A model generated the notes under the pieces. The model worked only from the letters and a program-made list of their open reading frames with translations, did not search any database and was not told where the DNA came from. The position numbers and the translations under genes are program-made. A stretch of 40,471 nucleotides of DNA from a virus (Duplodnaviria; Heunggongvirae; Uroviricota; Caudoviricetes). This document shows positions 27,061 through 37,982 of this stretch, piece by piece; the stretch's first letter is position 1, and each line of letters begins with the position of its first letter. The DNA lies in IMG/VR virus record IMGVR_UViG_2547132281_000014, positions 1-40,471 of that record. The stretch is one strand, 5' to 3'.

Positions 27061-28540
27061 CACCATTCCGTCGAATACGCTGGTTCCGTTGTTTTATGCG
27101 GAAATGGATAACCAGGCGGCGAATACTGCACAGGACAGCGGAGCATCGCTGCTGATTGGTCATGCCAATAACGGTGCAGAGATTGTTGCCAACAGTCTGG
27201 TACTGATGCCGTCGGCAGACTATGCACGCCAGATTTGTGGTGCGGGAAGTCAGCTGGCGCGTATGGTCGAGGCTTATCGCCAGACCGACCCGTTTGGCGA
27301 GCTGTATGTGATTGCCGTTCCGGAAGCCACAGGCGCGGCGGCAACGGTTACGCTGACGGTGACCGGGGCGGCAACCGAAACCGGCACGGTGAATGTTTAT
27401 GTGGGACGTACCCGCGTGCAGGCACCGGTGACCAACGGCGATAACGTCGCGACGATTGCCAGCAGTATCAAAGATGCCATTAATGCCGTTCCGGCCCTGC
27501 CGTTTACGGCCTCATCTTCGGCAGGCGTGGTCACGCTGACCGCGCGTCATAAGGGGCTTTGCGGGAATGAAATTCCTGTCAGCCTCAATTACTACGGCTT
27601 TGGTGGGGGCGAAGTGCTGCCAGCGGGCGTACAGATTGCTATGGCGACGGGGAGCGCCGGAACGGGCGCTCCTGTTCTCACCGGCGCGGTGGCTGCAATG
27701 GCGGATGAGCCGTTTGATTATATCGGCCTGCCGTTCAACGACACGGCCTCCGTTAACACGCTGGTGACCGAGATGAACGATACCAGCGGTCGCTGGAGCT
27801 ATGCGCGTCAGCTGTATGGTCATGTGTATACGGCAAAGATCGGCACGCTGTCAGAACTGGTGACCGCAGGTGACCAGTTTAACCAGCAGCACATTACCCT
27901 GGCGGGGTACGAAAAAGAGACCCAGACGCCTGCCGACGAGCTGGCGGCAAGCCGTACCGCCCGCGCAGCGGTGTTTATCCGCAACGATCCGGCACGTCCC
28001 ACGCAGACCGGTGAGCTGGTGGGTATGCTGCCTGCGCCGAAGGGGAAACGGTTCACGATGACCGAACAACAGACCCTGCTGTCTCATGGCGTGGCAACGG
28101 CGTATGTCGAAAGCGGGGTACTACGCATTCAGCGTGATGTCACCACGTACAGGAAAAACGCTTACGGGGTTGCGGATAACAGTTACCTCGACAGTGAGAC
28201 GCTGCATACCAGCGCGTATGTACTGCGCAAACTGAAATCCGTCATTACCAGTAAGTACGGGCGTCACAAGCTTGCCAGTGACGGTACCCGCTTTGGTCCC
28301 GGTCAGGCGATTGTCACCCCGGCGGTGATCAAAGGGGAACTGCTGGCAACCTACCGTCAGCTTGAGCGTGCGGGGATCGTGGAAAACTACGAACTGTTTA
28401 AGCAGTACCTGGTTGTGGAGCGTGATGCCAGCGATCCGAACCGCCTGAACACGCTGTTCCCGCCTGACTATGTTAACCAGCTGCGTGTCTTTGCCGTGGT
28501 TAATCAGTTCCGTCTTCAGTATTCAGAGGAGTCTGCATAA
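27044..28540 (+). CDS. contractile tail sheath protein (Mu gpL-like)
   Basis: 498 aa; followed by the tube gene, chaperone pair and tape measure in Mu-like order. Confidence 0.85.
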   Translation: MTISFNTIPSNTLVPLFYAEMDNQAANTAQDSGASLLIGHANNGAEIVANSLVLMPSADYARQICGAGSQLARMVEAYRQTDPFGELYVIAVPEATGAAATVTLTVTGAATETGTVNVYVGRTRVQAPVTNGDNVATIASSIKDAINAVPALPFTASSSAGVVTLTARHKGLCGNEIPVSLNYYGFGGGEVLPAGVQIAMATGSAGTGAPVLTGAVAAMADEPFDYIGLPFNDTASVNTLVTEMNDTSGRWSYARQLYGHVYTAKIGTLSELVTAGDQFNQQHITLAGYEKETQTPADELAASRTARAAVFIRNDPARPTQTGELVGMLPAPKGKRFTMTEQQTLLSHGVATAYVESGVLRIQRDVTTYRKNAYGVADNSYLDSETLHTSAYVLRKLKSVITSKYGRHKLASDGTRFGPGQAIVTPAVIKGELLATYRQLERAGIVENYELFKQYLVVERDASDPNRLNTLFPPDYVNQLRVFAVVNQFRLQYSEESA

Positions 28541-28896
28541 TGGCCCGTATCGGGGGAACCTGTTATTTCAAAATTGACGGTCAGCAGCTATCGCTGACCG
28601 GCGGCATTGAGGTGCCCATGAACAAAACGGTTAACGATGACATCATCGGCCTGGACGGTTCAGTGGACCGCAAGGAAACTCACCGTGCGCCTTATGTCAA
28701 AGGGACCTTCAAGGTGCCGAAGAATTTTCCGGTAAGCAAAATCACCTCGTCTGATGAGATGACCATCACTGCCGAGCTGGCGAACGGTCAGGTCTATGTA
28801 CTGTCGTCTGCCTGGCTGCACGGCGAAGCGAACCATAATGCCGAAGAAGGCACGGTTGATCTTGAGTTCCACGGTGAAGAAGGGGATTACCAGTAA
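28540..28896 (+). CDS. tail tube protein
   Basis: 118 aa immediately after the sheath gene (ATAATG coupling). Confidence 0.7.
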   Translation: MARIGGTCYFKIDGQQLSLTGGIEVPMNKTVNDDIIGLDGSVDRKETHRAPYVKGTFKVPKNFPVSKITSSDEMTITAELANGQVYVLSSAWLHGEANHNAEEGTVDLEFHGEEGDYQ

Positions 28897-29165
28897 TGAA
28901 AGAGCTTGAGTTAAAGAAACCGATTACTGCTCATGGCGAGACACTCTCCGTACTGGAGTTTGATGAACCCACCGGGAAGGATGTCCGCGAGCTGGGGTAT
29001 CCCTACCAGATGAATCAGGATGAGTCAGTCAGACTTCTGGCGCATGTGGTGTCGAAATACATTGTGCGGCTGGCGAAAGTGCCGCAAAGCTCTGTCGACC
29101 AGATGTCTCCGGCAGACCTGAATGCAGCGGCGTGGCTTGTGGCCGGTTTTTTCCTCCAGGCCTGA
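28896..29165 (+). CDS. tail assembly chaperone (possible frameshift partner ORF at 29132..29320)
   Basis: Small acidic ORF before the tape measure with an overlapping out-of-frame ORF, the usual G/GT-like arrangement. Confidence 0.5.
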   Translation: MKELELKKPITAHGETLSVLEFDEPTGKDVRELGYPYQMNQDESVRLLAHVVSKYIVRLAKVPQSSVDQMSPADLNAAAWLVAGFFLQA

Positions 29166-29306
29166 CGGCTGAATACCTCACTGATCGCTTCTTTGACTGC
29201 GCCAGCTACTGGCGCATTAATCCTTTCGAATTGCTGAATATGCCGATCAGTGAAATTCCCTTGCTGGTCAGTCAGGCAAACAGGATAGAGCAGGAGAAAC
29301 GCACAC

Positions 29307-31142
29307 ATGGCGGAATTTGAGCTTAAGGCGTTGATCACCGGTGTCGACAGGCTTTCTCCCGCGCTGTCGAAAATGCAAAAGAAAATCCGGGGATTTAAAC
29401 GCCAGGCGGAAGAAGCGTCACAGGGTGGGCTGGCGCTTGGTGGCGGACTGGCAGCGGGTCTGACGCTTTCCCTGAAATCTTATGCCGATCAGGAAAACGC
29501 CGCCACCGGGCTGAAAGTCGCCATGATGGATGCGAACGGCGAGGTTGGAAAGCGCTTTCAGGACATCAATAAACTGGCTATTGGCCTGGGTAACCAGCTA
29601 CCCGGTACAACGGCTGATTTCCAGAACATGATGCAGATGCTGGTGCGTCAGGGGATCCCGGCAGAAAACATTCTTGGCGGTGTGGGTAAAGCGACAGCTT
29701 ATCTTGCGGTACAACTGAAAAAAACACCGGAAGCGGCTGCTGAGTTTGCTGCAAAGATGCAGGATGCTACCGGAACGGCGTCAGAAGACATGATGGGGCT
29801 GTTCGACACTATCCAGAAGGCGTTTTATCTGGGTGTTGACGATACCAACATGTTGTCCTTCTTCACTAAAACCAGCTCTGTTCTGAAGATGGTGAACAAG
29901 GACGGTCTTCAGGCTGCACAGAGCCTTGCCCCCATCAGCGTCATGATGGATCAGATGGGGATGAACGGGGAGTCGGCAGGTAACGCCCTGCGAAAAGTTA
30001 TTCAGTCCGGATTAAGCGTTAAGAAAATCAGGGACGTCAATAAAATCATGGCCCGCCAGAAACTCGGGGTACAGCTCGATTTTACTGACGGCAAAGGAAG
30101 TTTTGGCGGTCTTGATAACATGTTCAGGCAACTGGCAAAGCTGCGAAAACTGACCGACGTTAAGCGAACAGGTGTACTTAAGGCAATATTTGGTGATGAT
30201 GCCGAAACCCTTCAGGTGGTCAATGCACTAATCGATAAAGGAAAGGATGGCTACGATCAGATCCAGCAGAAGATGAATAAACAGGCCAGCCTGAATAAAC
30301 GTGTTCAGGCCCAGCTTGGTACGCTGTCCAACCTGTGGGAGGCAATGACGGGGACCGCAACTAACGGCCTTGCGGCTATTGGCGGCGCATTTTCTGGTGA
30401 CGCCAAAAATATCACGCAATGGCTGGGGGAGTTAGGGGAAAAATTCACGAAGTTTGCGGATGAAAATCCCCGGGTTATTCGCGGCGTCGTCGGGCTTGCT
30501 GCCGGTCTTGCGATTCTGAAACTGGGATTGATGGGCGTTGGCGGTGCCATCAGTATTGTCAGCAGGATCATGTCGATGACGCCGATTGGAATGATTGCGA
30601 CGGCGATAGCCCTGGCTGCGGGATTAATTATCACTAACTGGGATGTTGTCGGACCTTATTTCAAGAAGCTCTGGGAAACCATTGGTCCTTATTTTGAGGC
30701 TGGCTGGGAACTTCTGAAGAAGGTTTTTGCCTGGTCGCCGCTGGGGATGGTAATCAATAACTGGGGACCGGTTGTTAAGTGGTTTCAGGATATGTGGGAC
30801 AAACTGAAGCCAATTATTGAGTGGTTTACCGACAGTTCCGGTGACACGGTCGATGCCATTAACTCTGCGCAGTGGGGCGCGGGTGCTTATGATGCTTATG
30901 GGACGGGAATACCGGCACGGGGATACACACCTTATCAGGCGGTAGATCCGGCTCAGTCAAACAACGCCTCCGGTGCCACAGGCCCGAATCCCTTCATGAT
31001 TAACAAAGCTTCTGCGCCAAAAGTTGATGGTGAGATCAAGGTCTCTTTTGTGAATTCGCCTCCGGGTATGCGGGTTATGGAAACGCGATCCAGCGGTTTT
31101 GATGTCAGCCATGATGTTGGCTATACGCGCTTTGGCAGGTAA
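29307..31142 (+). CDS. tail tape measure protein
   Basis: 611 aa; Ala/Gly-rich with hydrophobic central segment and helical repeats; canonical position. Confidence 0.8.
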   Translation: MAEFELKALITGVDRLSPALSKMQKKIRGFKRQAEEASQGGLALGGGLAAGLTLSLKSYADQENAATGLKVAMMDANGEVGKRFQDINKLAIGLGNQLPGTTADFQNMMQMLVRQGIPAENILGGVGKATAYLAVQLKKTPEAAAEFAAKMQDATGTASEDMMGLFDTIQKAFYLGVDDTNMLSFFTKTSSVLKMVNKDGLQAAQSLAPISVMMDQMGMNGESAGNALRKVIQSGLSVKKIRDVNKIMARQKLGVQLDFTDGKGSFGGLDNMFRQLAKLRKLTDVKRTGVLKAIFGDDAETLQVVNALIDKGKDGYDQIQQKMNKQASLNKRVQAQLGTLSNLWEAMTGTATNGLAAIGGAFSGDAKNITQWLGELGEKFTKFADENPRVIRGVVGLAAGLAILKLGLMGVGGAISIVSRIMSMTPIGMIATAIALAAGLIITNWDVVGPYFKKLWETIGPYFEAGWELLKKVFAWSPLGMVINNWGPVVKWFQDMWDKLKPIIEWFTDSSGDTVDAINSAQWGAGAYDAYGTGIPARGYTPYQAVDPAQSNNASGATGPNPFMINKASAPKVDGEIKVSFVNSPPGMRVMETRSSGFDVSHDVGYTRFGR

Positions 31143-31202
31143 TGAAAAATTAATCTGTTAATGAGTCCCACTCCGGTGGGATTTTTTATGTACGGAGTTT
31201 AT

Positions 31203-32531
31203 ATGACGTGGAAAGACAGACTTCAGGACGCGTCATTTCGCGGTGTGCCGTTTAAGGTTGAAGAAGAAAGTGCGGGAACCGGTCGTCGTGTGGAAACGCA
31301 CGAATACCCGAACCGCGACAAACCCTATACCGAAGACCTGGGGAAAATCACTTTCCGCCCGTCCATCACAGCTTATGTGGTGGGAGATGACTGCTTTGAC
31401 CAGCGCGATCGCCTGATTGACGCGCTGAATAAACCCGGTCCCGGCACGCTTGTCCATCCGACTTACGGTGAGCTGAAAGTCTGTGTTGACGGGGAAGTTC
31501 GGGTCAGCACATCGAAGAGTGAAGGACGTATTGTCCGCTTTGACCTGAAGTTTGTCGAAGCGGGAGAACTCTCTTACCCCACTTCAGGTGCGGCGACGGC
31601 GCAGACGCTGATGTCATCCTGTTCTGCACTGGATGACTGCATCAGTGACAGCTTCAGTGGTTTCAGTATCGATGGCGTGGCAGATTTTGTGCAGAACGAC
31701 GTCGTCGGTAATGCCAGCACAATGCTTGGGTATGTTTCTGATGCGATGAAAGTGGTGGATTCTGCCGTATCGGATGCCGCCAGGCTGTTGCAGGGGGATA
31801 TCTCGGTACTTCTGCCGCCACCATCGTCAGGCAAAAATTTCGTTGAGCAGGTGCAGAAAATGTGGCGTACCGGGAAACGCCTTTATGGTAACGCCAGCGA
31901 CCTGGTCACCATGATCAAAACGCTTTCCGGTGTCAGCCTCGGCAGCGATCTGCAACCGCGCGGCGTCTGGAAAACGGACAGTAAAACTACCGCCACGGCG
32001 ACGCAGCAGCGTAACGTGGTTGCCAGCACCCTTCGTACGACCGCAATCAGCGAAGCGGCGTATGCCGTCACACGATTGCCTGCGCCCACAACTTCCGCGG
32101 TGATGCAGAATGCCACAGTAGGGCAGTCAACAACACCCGCGCAGAGCACCGGCTGGCCTTCTGTCACGCATCCGGCACTGAACAATGCACCGGCGGTGAA
32201 AAACACGGTTGACCTGCCAACGTGGGAAGAACTGACCGACATTCGCGACACACTGAATACGGCAATTGATAAGGAGTTGTCCCGTACAACCAGTGATGCG
32301 CTGTTTCTGGCGCTGCGCCGGGTGAAAGCAGATCTGAATGCGGATATCAACACGCGCCTTGAACAGTCTGCACGGATCATTCAGCGCACGCCGGATGAGG
32401 TTTTACCCGCGCTGGTGCTGGCGGCGACCTGGTTTGATAACGCGGCGCGTGACGCGGACATTATCCGGCGTAATGCCATTACGCATCCCGGCTTTGTGCC
32501 GGTGATCCCTCTGAAGGTGCCAGTGCAATGA
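31203..32531 (+). CDS. Mu gpN-like DNA circularization / tail protein
   Basis: ATG at 31203 with ACGGAG; N-terminal MTWKDRLQDASFRGVPFKVE resembles the Mu N family. Confidence 0.65.
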   Translation: MTWKDRLQDASFRGVPFKVEEESAGTGRRVETHEYPNRDKPYTEDLGKITFRPSITAYVVGDDCFDQRDRLIDALNKPGPGTLVHPTYGELKVCVDGEVRVSTSKSEGRIVRFDLKFVEAGELSYPTSGAATAQTLMSSCSALDDCISDSFSGFSIDGVADFVQNDVVGNASTMLGYVSDAMKVVDSAVSDAARLLQGDISVLLPPPSSGKNFVEQVQKMWRTGKRLYGNASDLVTMIKTLSGVSLGSDLQPRGVWKTDSKTTATATQQRNVVASTLRTTAISEAAYAVTRLPAPTTSAVMQNATVGQSTTPAQSTGWPSVTHPALNNAPAVKNTVDLPTWEELTDIRDTLNTAIDKELSRTTSDALFLALRRVKADLNADINTRLEQSARIIQRTPDEVLPALVLAATWFDNAARDADIIRRNAITHPGFVPVIPLKVPVQ

Positions 32532-33607
32532 ACGACAATGTCACGCTACGGGTAAATGGCCGGGAGTGGAATGGCTGGACATCAGTGCGCATCGGTGCCG
32601 GTATTGAACGGCTGGCGCGGGATTTCAGTGTGGAGATCACTCGCCAATGGCCGGGAGATGAGGGTATCACCACGCTTCAGCCGCGCATTAAAAACAGTTC
32701 AAAAGTGGAAGTGCTGATTGGTGATGAGCTGGTGATCACCGGCTGGGTGGAGGCGACTCCCGTTCGTTACGATGCCCGTTCGGTCAGCACCGGTATTGCC
32801 GGACGTAGTCTGACGGCTGACCTGATTGACTGTGCAGCCGAACCGACACAGTTTAACGGACGCTCGCTGGTGCAGATCGCGCAGGCGCTTGCTGCGCCTT
32901 TCGGCATTGAGGTGGTGAACAGCGGTGCGCCGTCGGGTGTTATTCCTGATGTTCAGCCTGATCACGGTGAAACGGTGATTGAGGTAATCAACAAAATACT
33001 CGGTCAGCAGCAGGCGCTGGCTTACGACGACCCGCACGGCAGGCTGGTGATTGGCGGTATTGGCTCAACGCGGGCACATACCGCGCTGGTACTTGGGGAA
33101 AACATCCTTTCCTGTGATACGGAGAAGAGTATCCGGGAGCGGTTTTCTGTTTACCAGGTGGCGGGGCAGCGTGCCGGAAACGACGATGATTTCGGTGAGG
33201 CCACCACCACCGCGCTGCGGGCCCGCACAGAGGACGCATTTATTGCCCGTTACCGTCCGATGTATATCAGGCAGACAGGGCAGGCCACGGGGGCTGGCTG
33301 TATTGCGCGTGCTGACTTTGAAGCCCGAAAACGGGCGGCGCGGACGGATGAAACCACCTATGTGGTGCAGGGCTGGCGACAGGGTAACGGTACGCTGTGG
33401 CAGCCCAACCAGCGGGTGATTGTCTTCGATCCGGTCTGTGGTTTCGACAATACCGAACTGCTTGTCTCGGAAGTCACGTTTACTCAGGACCAGAACGGCA
33501 CCCTGACGGAAATCCGTGTCGGCCCGCCTGATGCTTATCTGCCTGAACCCGAAGCCCCCGGCGCGCGGAAAAAGAAAAAAGCCAGAGTACAGGAGGACCC
33601 GTTCTGA
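32528..33607 (+). CDS. Mu gpP-like baseplate hub / tail protein
   Basis: 359 aa; synteny after the gpN-like gene. Confidence 0.65.
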   Translation: MNDNVTLRVNGREWNGWTSVRIGAGIERLARDFSVEITRQWPGDEGITTLQPRIKNSSKVEVLIGDELVITGWVEATPVRYDARSVSTGIAGRSLTADLIDCAAEPTQFNGRSLVQIAQALAAPFGIEVVNSGAPSGVIPDVQPDHGETVIEVINKILGQQQALAYDDPHGRLVIGGIGSTRAHTALVLGENILSCDTEKSIRERFSVYQVAGQRAGNDDDFGEATTTALRARTEDAFIARYRPMYIRQTGQATGAGCIARADFEARKRAARTDETTYVVQGWRQGNGTLWQPNQRVIVFDPVCGFDNTELLVSEVTFTQDQNGTLTEIRVGPPDAYLPEPEAPGARKKKKARVQEDPF

Positions 33608-34155
33608 TGAGGACGATTGAAGCCATGCAGCGACAACTTCTCGGCCTGATTGGGCGGGCAGTGGTGAAAAGCATCAGTGCCGCCACGAAATGTCAGACCG
33701 TGGATGTGTCCCTGATTGCCGGTGAACCCAAAGCCGGGGTTGAACATCTTGAACCCTACGGTTTTACCGCAAGGGCAAACAGCGGTGCGGAAGCGGTGGT
33801 GTTGTTTCCGGATGGCGACCGTTCTCATGCGGTGGTTGTTACGGTGTCGGACCGGCGCTACCGCCTGAAAGGGCTGCAAACGGGTGAGGTGGCTGTCTAT
33901 GACGATCAGGGGCAGTCTGTGACGCTGACCCGGGAGGGGATCGTGGTGGACGGTGCAGGGAAAACGATCACGTTTCGCAATGCACCTGAAGCACGTTTTG
34001 AAATGGATCTGGAAGTGACCGGACAGGTGAAAGACCTGTGCGACTCCGGCGGTACCACCATGTCAGCGATGCGGCTTGCCTATAACGGGCATCGTCACAG
34101 AGAGAACGGTCAGGGCAGTAACACCGACAAACCTGATAAAGCGATGGAGGCATGA
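33607..34155 (+). CDS. baseplate assembly protein V (spike-like)
   Basis: 182 aa; position in the Mu/P2-type baseplate block. Confidence 0.6.
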   Translation: MRTIEAMQRQLLGLIGRAVVKSISAATKCQTVDVSLIAGEPKAGVEHLEPYGFTARANSGAEAVVLFPDGDRSHAVVVTVSDRRYRLKGLQTGEVAVYDDQGQSVTLTREGIVVDGAGKTITFRNAPEARFEMDLEVTGQVKDLCDSGGTTMSAMRLAYNGHRHRENGQGSNTDKPDKAMEA

Positions 34156-34580
34156 TGGAACTGTGGCTGACGGTGAACGGTAAACGCACCTGCGCCAGCG
34201 CACCGCTGGATCCGCTGACCCGCGCCGTGGTGATTTCCCTGTTCACCTGGCGGCGGGCGGAGCCTGATGACAATGCCGACGTCCCGATGGGATGGTGGGG
34301 GGATACCTGGCCTGCGGTACAGAATGACCGTTACGGCTCCCGACTGTGGTTGCTTCAGCGCAGCAAACTGACCAATCAGCTGGTGCAGACGGTAAGGGGA
34401 TATATCCGCGAATGCCTGCAATGGATGACTGATGACGGCGTGGTGTCCCGTATTGATCTGGATATCCGCCGCACCGGGATTAATGAGCTGGGTAACAGTA
34501 TCACCCTCTGGCGTCGTGATGGACCAGTAATGATTTCTTTTGATGATCTGTGGAGTGCGATAACGCATGGCGGACAGTGA
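34152..34580 (+). CDS. GP46-like baseplate protein
   Basis: 142 aa; Mu gp46-like position. Confidence 0.55.
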   Translation: MMELWLTVNGKRTCASAPLDPLTRAVVISLFTWRRAEPDDNADVPMGWWGDTWPAVQNDRYGSRLWLLQRSKLTNQLVQTVRGYIRECLQWMTDDGVVSRIDLDIRRTGINELGNSITLWRRDGPVMISFDDLWSAITHGGQ

Positions 34581-35625
34581 ATTTCAGCGCCCGACGCTGG
34601 CAGAAAATATCAGTATGCTCCGTAACGATTTATTCGCCAGGCTGGACGTCAGCGACACGCTCCGGCGCATGGATGAAGACGTGCGGGCAAAGGTGTATGC
34701 GGCGGCGCTGCATACGGTCTACGGTTACATCGATTATCTGGCAATGAATATGCTGCCTGACCTGTGCGATGAGTCCTGGCTGGCGCGACATGCTGCGATG
34801 AAACGGTGTCCGCGCAAGGGGGCCACGGTTGCCAGCGGGTATATGCGCTGGGAAGGTGTCAGCGATGGCCTGAAGGTGACTGCCGGGAGTGTTATTCAGC
34901 GCGATGACCTGGTGCAGTACACGACAACTGACGATGCAATCAGCTCCGGTGGTGTCCTGCGCGTGCCGATCGCCTGCTCAAGTGCAGGTGCGGTCGGTAA
35001 CGCTGACGACGGTACGGCATTAATCCTGGTCACGCCGGTGAATGGTCTGCCGTCTTCCGGTGTGGCTGACACCCTTACAGGCGGATTTGATACTGAAGAG
35101 CTGGAAACGTGGCGCGCCCGCGTCATTGAGCGGTATTACTGGACGCCTCAGGGCGGGGCTGACGGGGACTATGTCGTCTGGGCTAAAGAAGTGCCCGGCA
35201 TTACCCGCGCATGGACATACCGTCACTGGATGGGAACGGGAACTGTCGGTGTGATGATTGCCAGCAGCGACCTGATTAATCCCATTCCGGAAGAATCAAC
35301 GGAAACGGCGGCAAGGCTGCATATCGAGCCACTGGCCCCGGTGGCAGGCTCTGATTTGTATGTGTTCAGGCCGGTGGCGCATACGGTGGATTTTCATATC
35401 CGTGTGACGCCGGATACACCAGAAATACGGGCTGCCATCACCGCCGAGTTGCGTTCGTTCCTGCTGCGTGATGGTTATCCGCAGGGAGAACTGAAGGTGT
35501 CGCGTATCAGTGAAGCGATTTCCGGTGCGAACGGGGAATACAGCCATCAGTTGCTTGCACCGGCAGACAATATCTCCATTGCAAAAAATGAACTGGCGGT
35601 ACTGGGGACGATTTCATGGACGTGA
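34567..35625 (+). CDS. baseplate J-like protein
   Basis: 352 aa; position and size typical of gpJ/gp47. Confidence 0.7.
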   Translation: MADSEFQRPTLAENISMLRNDLFARLDVSDTLRRMDEDVRAKVYAAALHTVYGYIDYLAMNMLPDLCDESWLARHAAMKRCPRKGATVASGYMRWEGVSDGLKVTAGSVIQRDDLVQYTTTDDAISSGGVLRVPIACSSAGAVGNADDGTALILVTPVNGLPSSGVADTLTGGFDTEELETWRARVIERYYWTPQGGADGDYVVWAKEVPGITRAWTYRHWMGTGTVGVMIASSDLINPIPEESTETAARLHIEPLAPVAGSDLYVFRPVAHTVDFHIRVTPDTPEIRAAITAELRSFLLRDGYPQGELKVSRISEAISGANGEYSHQLLAPADNISIAKNELAVLGTISWT

Positions 35626-36200
35626 CAAACGATGATTACATCCGTCTGTTGTCGGCACTGTTGCCCCCCGGTCCGGCGTGGTCAGCCAGCGATCCGTCGA
35701 TTGCCGGTGCGGCACCGTCATTAACCCGCGTTCATCAGCGTGCGGATGCCCTGATGCGGGAGCTGGATCCGCGCACCACCACTGAACTGATAAACCGCTG
35801 GGAGCGTCTGTGCGGTCTGCCGGATGAATGTATTCCCGCAGGGACACAGATCCTTCGCCAGCGTCAGCAACGGCTGGATGCGAAGGTTAACCTGGCGGGC
35901 GGCATCAACGAGGATTTTTACCTTGCACAGCTTGCTGCCCTGGGCAGACCAGACGCTACCATCACGCGATACGACAAAAGCACGTTCACCTGCTCATCGG
36001 TCTGTACTGACGCTGTGAACGCGCCTGAATGGCGGTATTACTGGCAGGTCAACATGCCAGTCACCACCAACACCACCTGGATGACATGTGGCGATCCCTG
36101 TGATTCCGCGCTGCGTATCTGGGGCGACACCGTCGTCGAATGTGTGCTTAACAAACTCTGCCCTTCGCATACCTACGTAATTTTTAAATATCCGGAGTAA
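35616..36200 (+). CDS. Mu gp48-like tail protein (DUF2313-type)
   Basis: 194 aa between baseplate J and the tail fibre gene. Confidence 0.55.
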   Translation: MDVTNDDYIRLLSALLPPGPAWSASDPSIAGAAPSLTRVHQRADALMRELDPRTTTELINRWERLCGLPDECIPAGTQILRQRQQRLDAKVNLAGGINEDFYLAQLAALGRPDATITRYDKSTFTCSSVCTDAVNAPEWRYYWQVNMPVTTNTTWMTCGDPCDSALRIWGDTVVECVLNKLCPSHTYVIFKYPE

Positions 36201-36203
36201 TCC

Positions 36204-36986
36204 ATGCATCGTATAGACACGAAAACCGCGCAGAAGGATAAGTTCGGCGCGGGTAAGAACGGTTTTACCCGTGGTAACCCCCAGACTGGCACGCCTGCCA
36301 CCGATCTGGATGATGACTACTTTGACATGTTGCAGGAGGAGCTTTGCAGCGTGGTGGAGGCATCCGGTGCCAGTCTGGAGAAGGCGCGGCACGACCAGCT
36401 GCTTACCGCGCTTCGTGCGCTGCTGTTAAGCCGCAAGAATCCGTTTGGCGATATCAAATCGGATGGCACGGTGAAAACGGCTCTCGAAAACCTTGGTTTG
36501 GGAGAAGGCTCTGCATTACCTGTTGGTGTCCCTGTTCCGTGGCCTTCAGCCACTCCGCCGACAGGCTGGCTGAAATGCAACGGTGCGGCTTTTTCTGCTG
36601 AAGAATACCCGGAACTGGCAAAGGCTTACCCGACAAATAAATTGCCTGATTTACGCGGTGAGTTTATTCGTGGCTGGGATGACGGACGTGGAGTGGATAA
36701 CGGAAGGGGATTATTAACGCTTCAGGACGGTGCGATTGTCAGTCATAACCACTATTGGGGAATCTGGACTTCACGAACTAACGACCAGACTCTGGAAAGT
36801 TTTACAGGCACCACGATTTTAAAACAAATCACGCCCCTGTCTCCGGCCATTGACTTCGATAATTACCCAATTCCCAACCCGGCTATTACAGAGGGTGGTG
36901 TTGTTGCGGCAACGACTAAACCTGCTGGTGCGAATGAAACACGCCCACGAAATGTCGCTTTTAACTATATTGTGAGGGCTGCATAA
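36204..36986 (+). CDS. tail fibre protein; constant N-terminal part fused to the currently expressed variable C-terminus
   Basis: Tail-collar-like [24 protein letters not shown] ... [12 protein letters not shown]; the crossover site sits inside the gene at the LGLGE codons. Confidence 0.75.
   Translation: MHRIDTKTAQKDKFGAGKNGFTRGNPQTGTPATDLDDDYFDMLQEELCSVVEASGASLEKARHDQLLTALRALLLSRKNPFGDIKSDGTVKTALENLGLGEGSALPVGVPVPWPSATPPTGWLKCNGAAFSAEEYPELAKAYPTNKLPDLRGEFIRGWDDGRGVDNGRGLLTLQDGAIVSHNHYWGIWTSRTNDQTLESFTGTTILKQITPLSPAIDFDNYPIPNPAITEGGVVAATTKPAGANETRPRNVAFNYIVRAA
36481..36506. repeat. inversion crossover site, left (gix/hix-like)
   Basis: CTCTCGAAAACC-TT-GGTTTGGGAGAA, an imperfect palindrome of the Gin/Hin site type. 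Confidence 0.6.
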
Positions 36987-37588
36987 TGAATAACGCAGAA
37001 TTAAACAGTGAATTAATTGCCACTATGGCAGGAGAAATTACTGTTTATAACTTTGATGTCATGAGTCGGGAATATATTTCAGCTTCAACTGAATATCTTG
37101 CTATTGGTGTCGGCATTCCGGCATATTCCTGTTTAGATGCCCCAGGCGCATACAAAGCTGGTTATGCAATCTGCCGATCTGCAGATTTTAACTCATGGGA
37201 ATATGTGCCAGACCATCGCGGTGAAATCGTCTTTAGCACCGAAACAGGAGAATCAAAAGAAATCACAGTTCCGGGTGATTACCCTGATAATACAACCACT
37301 ATCGCCCCGTTAACGCCATACGATAAATGGGATGGTGAGAAATGGGTGACGGATACCGAGGCACAGCATAGCGCCGCAGTAGACGCGGCAGAAGCACAAC
37401 GTCAGTCACTGATTGATACTGCAATGGCTTCCATTAGTCTGATTCAACTGAAATTGCAGGCCGGACGGAAGTTGACGCAGGCAGAAACAACCCGACTTAA
37501 CGCCGTGCTGGATTACATTGACGCGGTGACGGTAACAGATACCAGCACCGCGCCGGATATCATCTGGCCTGAACTGCCGGAGGCGTAG
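36986..37588 (+). CDS. tail fibre assembly protein (Tfa/U-like), expressed orientation
   Basis: 200 aa; C-terminal DYIDAVTVTDTSTAPDIIWPELP resembles Tfa C-termini; ATAATG coupling with the fibre gene. Confidence 0.7.
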   Translation: MNNAELNSELIATMAGEITVYNFDVMSREYISASTEYLAIGVGIPAYSCLDAPGAYKAGYAICRSADFNSWEYVPDHRGEIVFSTETGESKEITVPGDYPDNTTTIAPLTPYDKWDGEKWVTDTEAQHSAAVDAAEAQRQSLIDTAMASISLIQLKLQAGRKLTQAETTRLNAVLDYIDAVTVTDTSTAPDIIWPELPEA

Positions 37589-37979
37589 GCCATTCAATAT
37601 CTGGCGCACTGGAAGTATCGACCAGCTCCAGTGCGTCCAGATAATCCAGCCACAAATTATATTGCGCCAGTTCCTCACCTTTCAGACGACCAATAGCCGC
37701 TTTACCAGGCCATTGCCTGCTGTTCATGTGCTCGTTGGCTTCATTAATAAGTTTTCCTTTTTTCAACTCTGCCAATGCAATAAGGTTTTCTTTTGATAAA
37801 GGTGGTTGCTCTGTCAAAACCGGATATCCCTCCTGATTGCTGACTATTTTCATGCCATTATCCTGACCATCCAGTAGTGATAGCCATTCATCCGTGGTTA
37901 TCTCAACAGCATCTGAAGGTGCTTTATTTAAATCGGTAAAAAAACCATTTTCTTTTTGTGAATAGAAGTATCTGTCCAT
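37560..37979 (-). CDS. alternative tail fibre assembly protein (U'-like), silent orientation
   Basis: 139 aa on the minus strand inside the invertible segment; C-terminal DYLDALELVDTSSAPDIEWPTPP parallels the plus-strand Tfa. Confidence 0.7.
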   Translation of the reverse strand: MDRYFYSQKENGFFTDLNKAPSDAVEITTDEWLSLLDGQDNGMKIVSNQEGYPVLTEQPPLSKENLIALAELKKGKLINEANEHMNSRQWPGKAAIGRLKGEELAQYNLWLDYLDALELVDTSSAPDIEWPTPPAVQAR

Positions 37980-37982
37980 TTA

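Noticed and set aside
31883-32380. Antisense ORFs within tail genes (for example 31883..32380, 30305..30634, 35994..36392)
   Set aside because: Same reasoning: embedded in conserved tail genes on the opposite strand, with no start signals.
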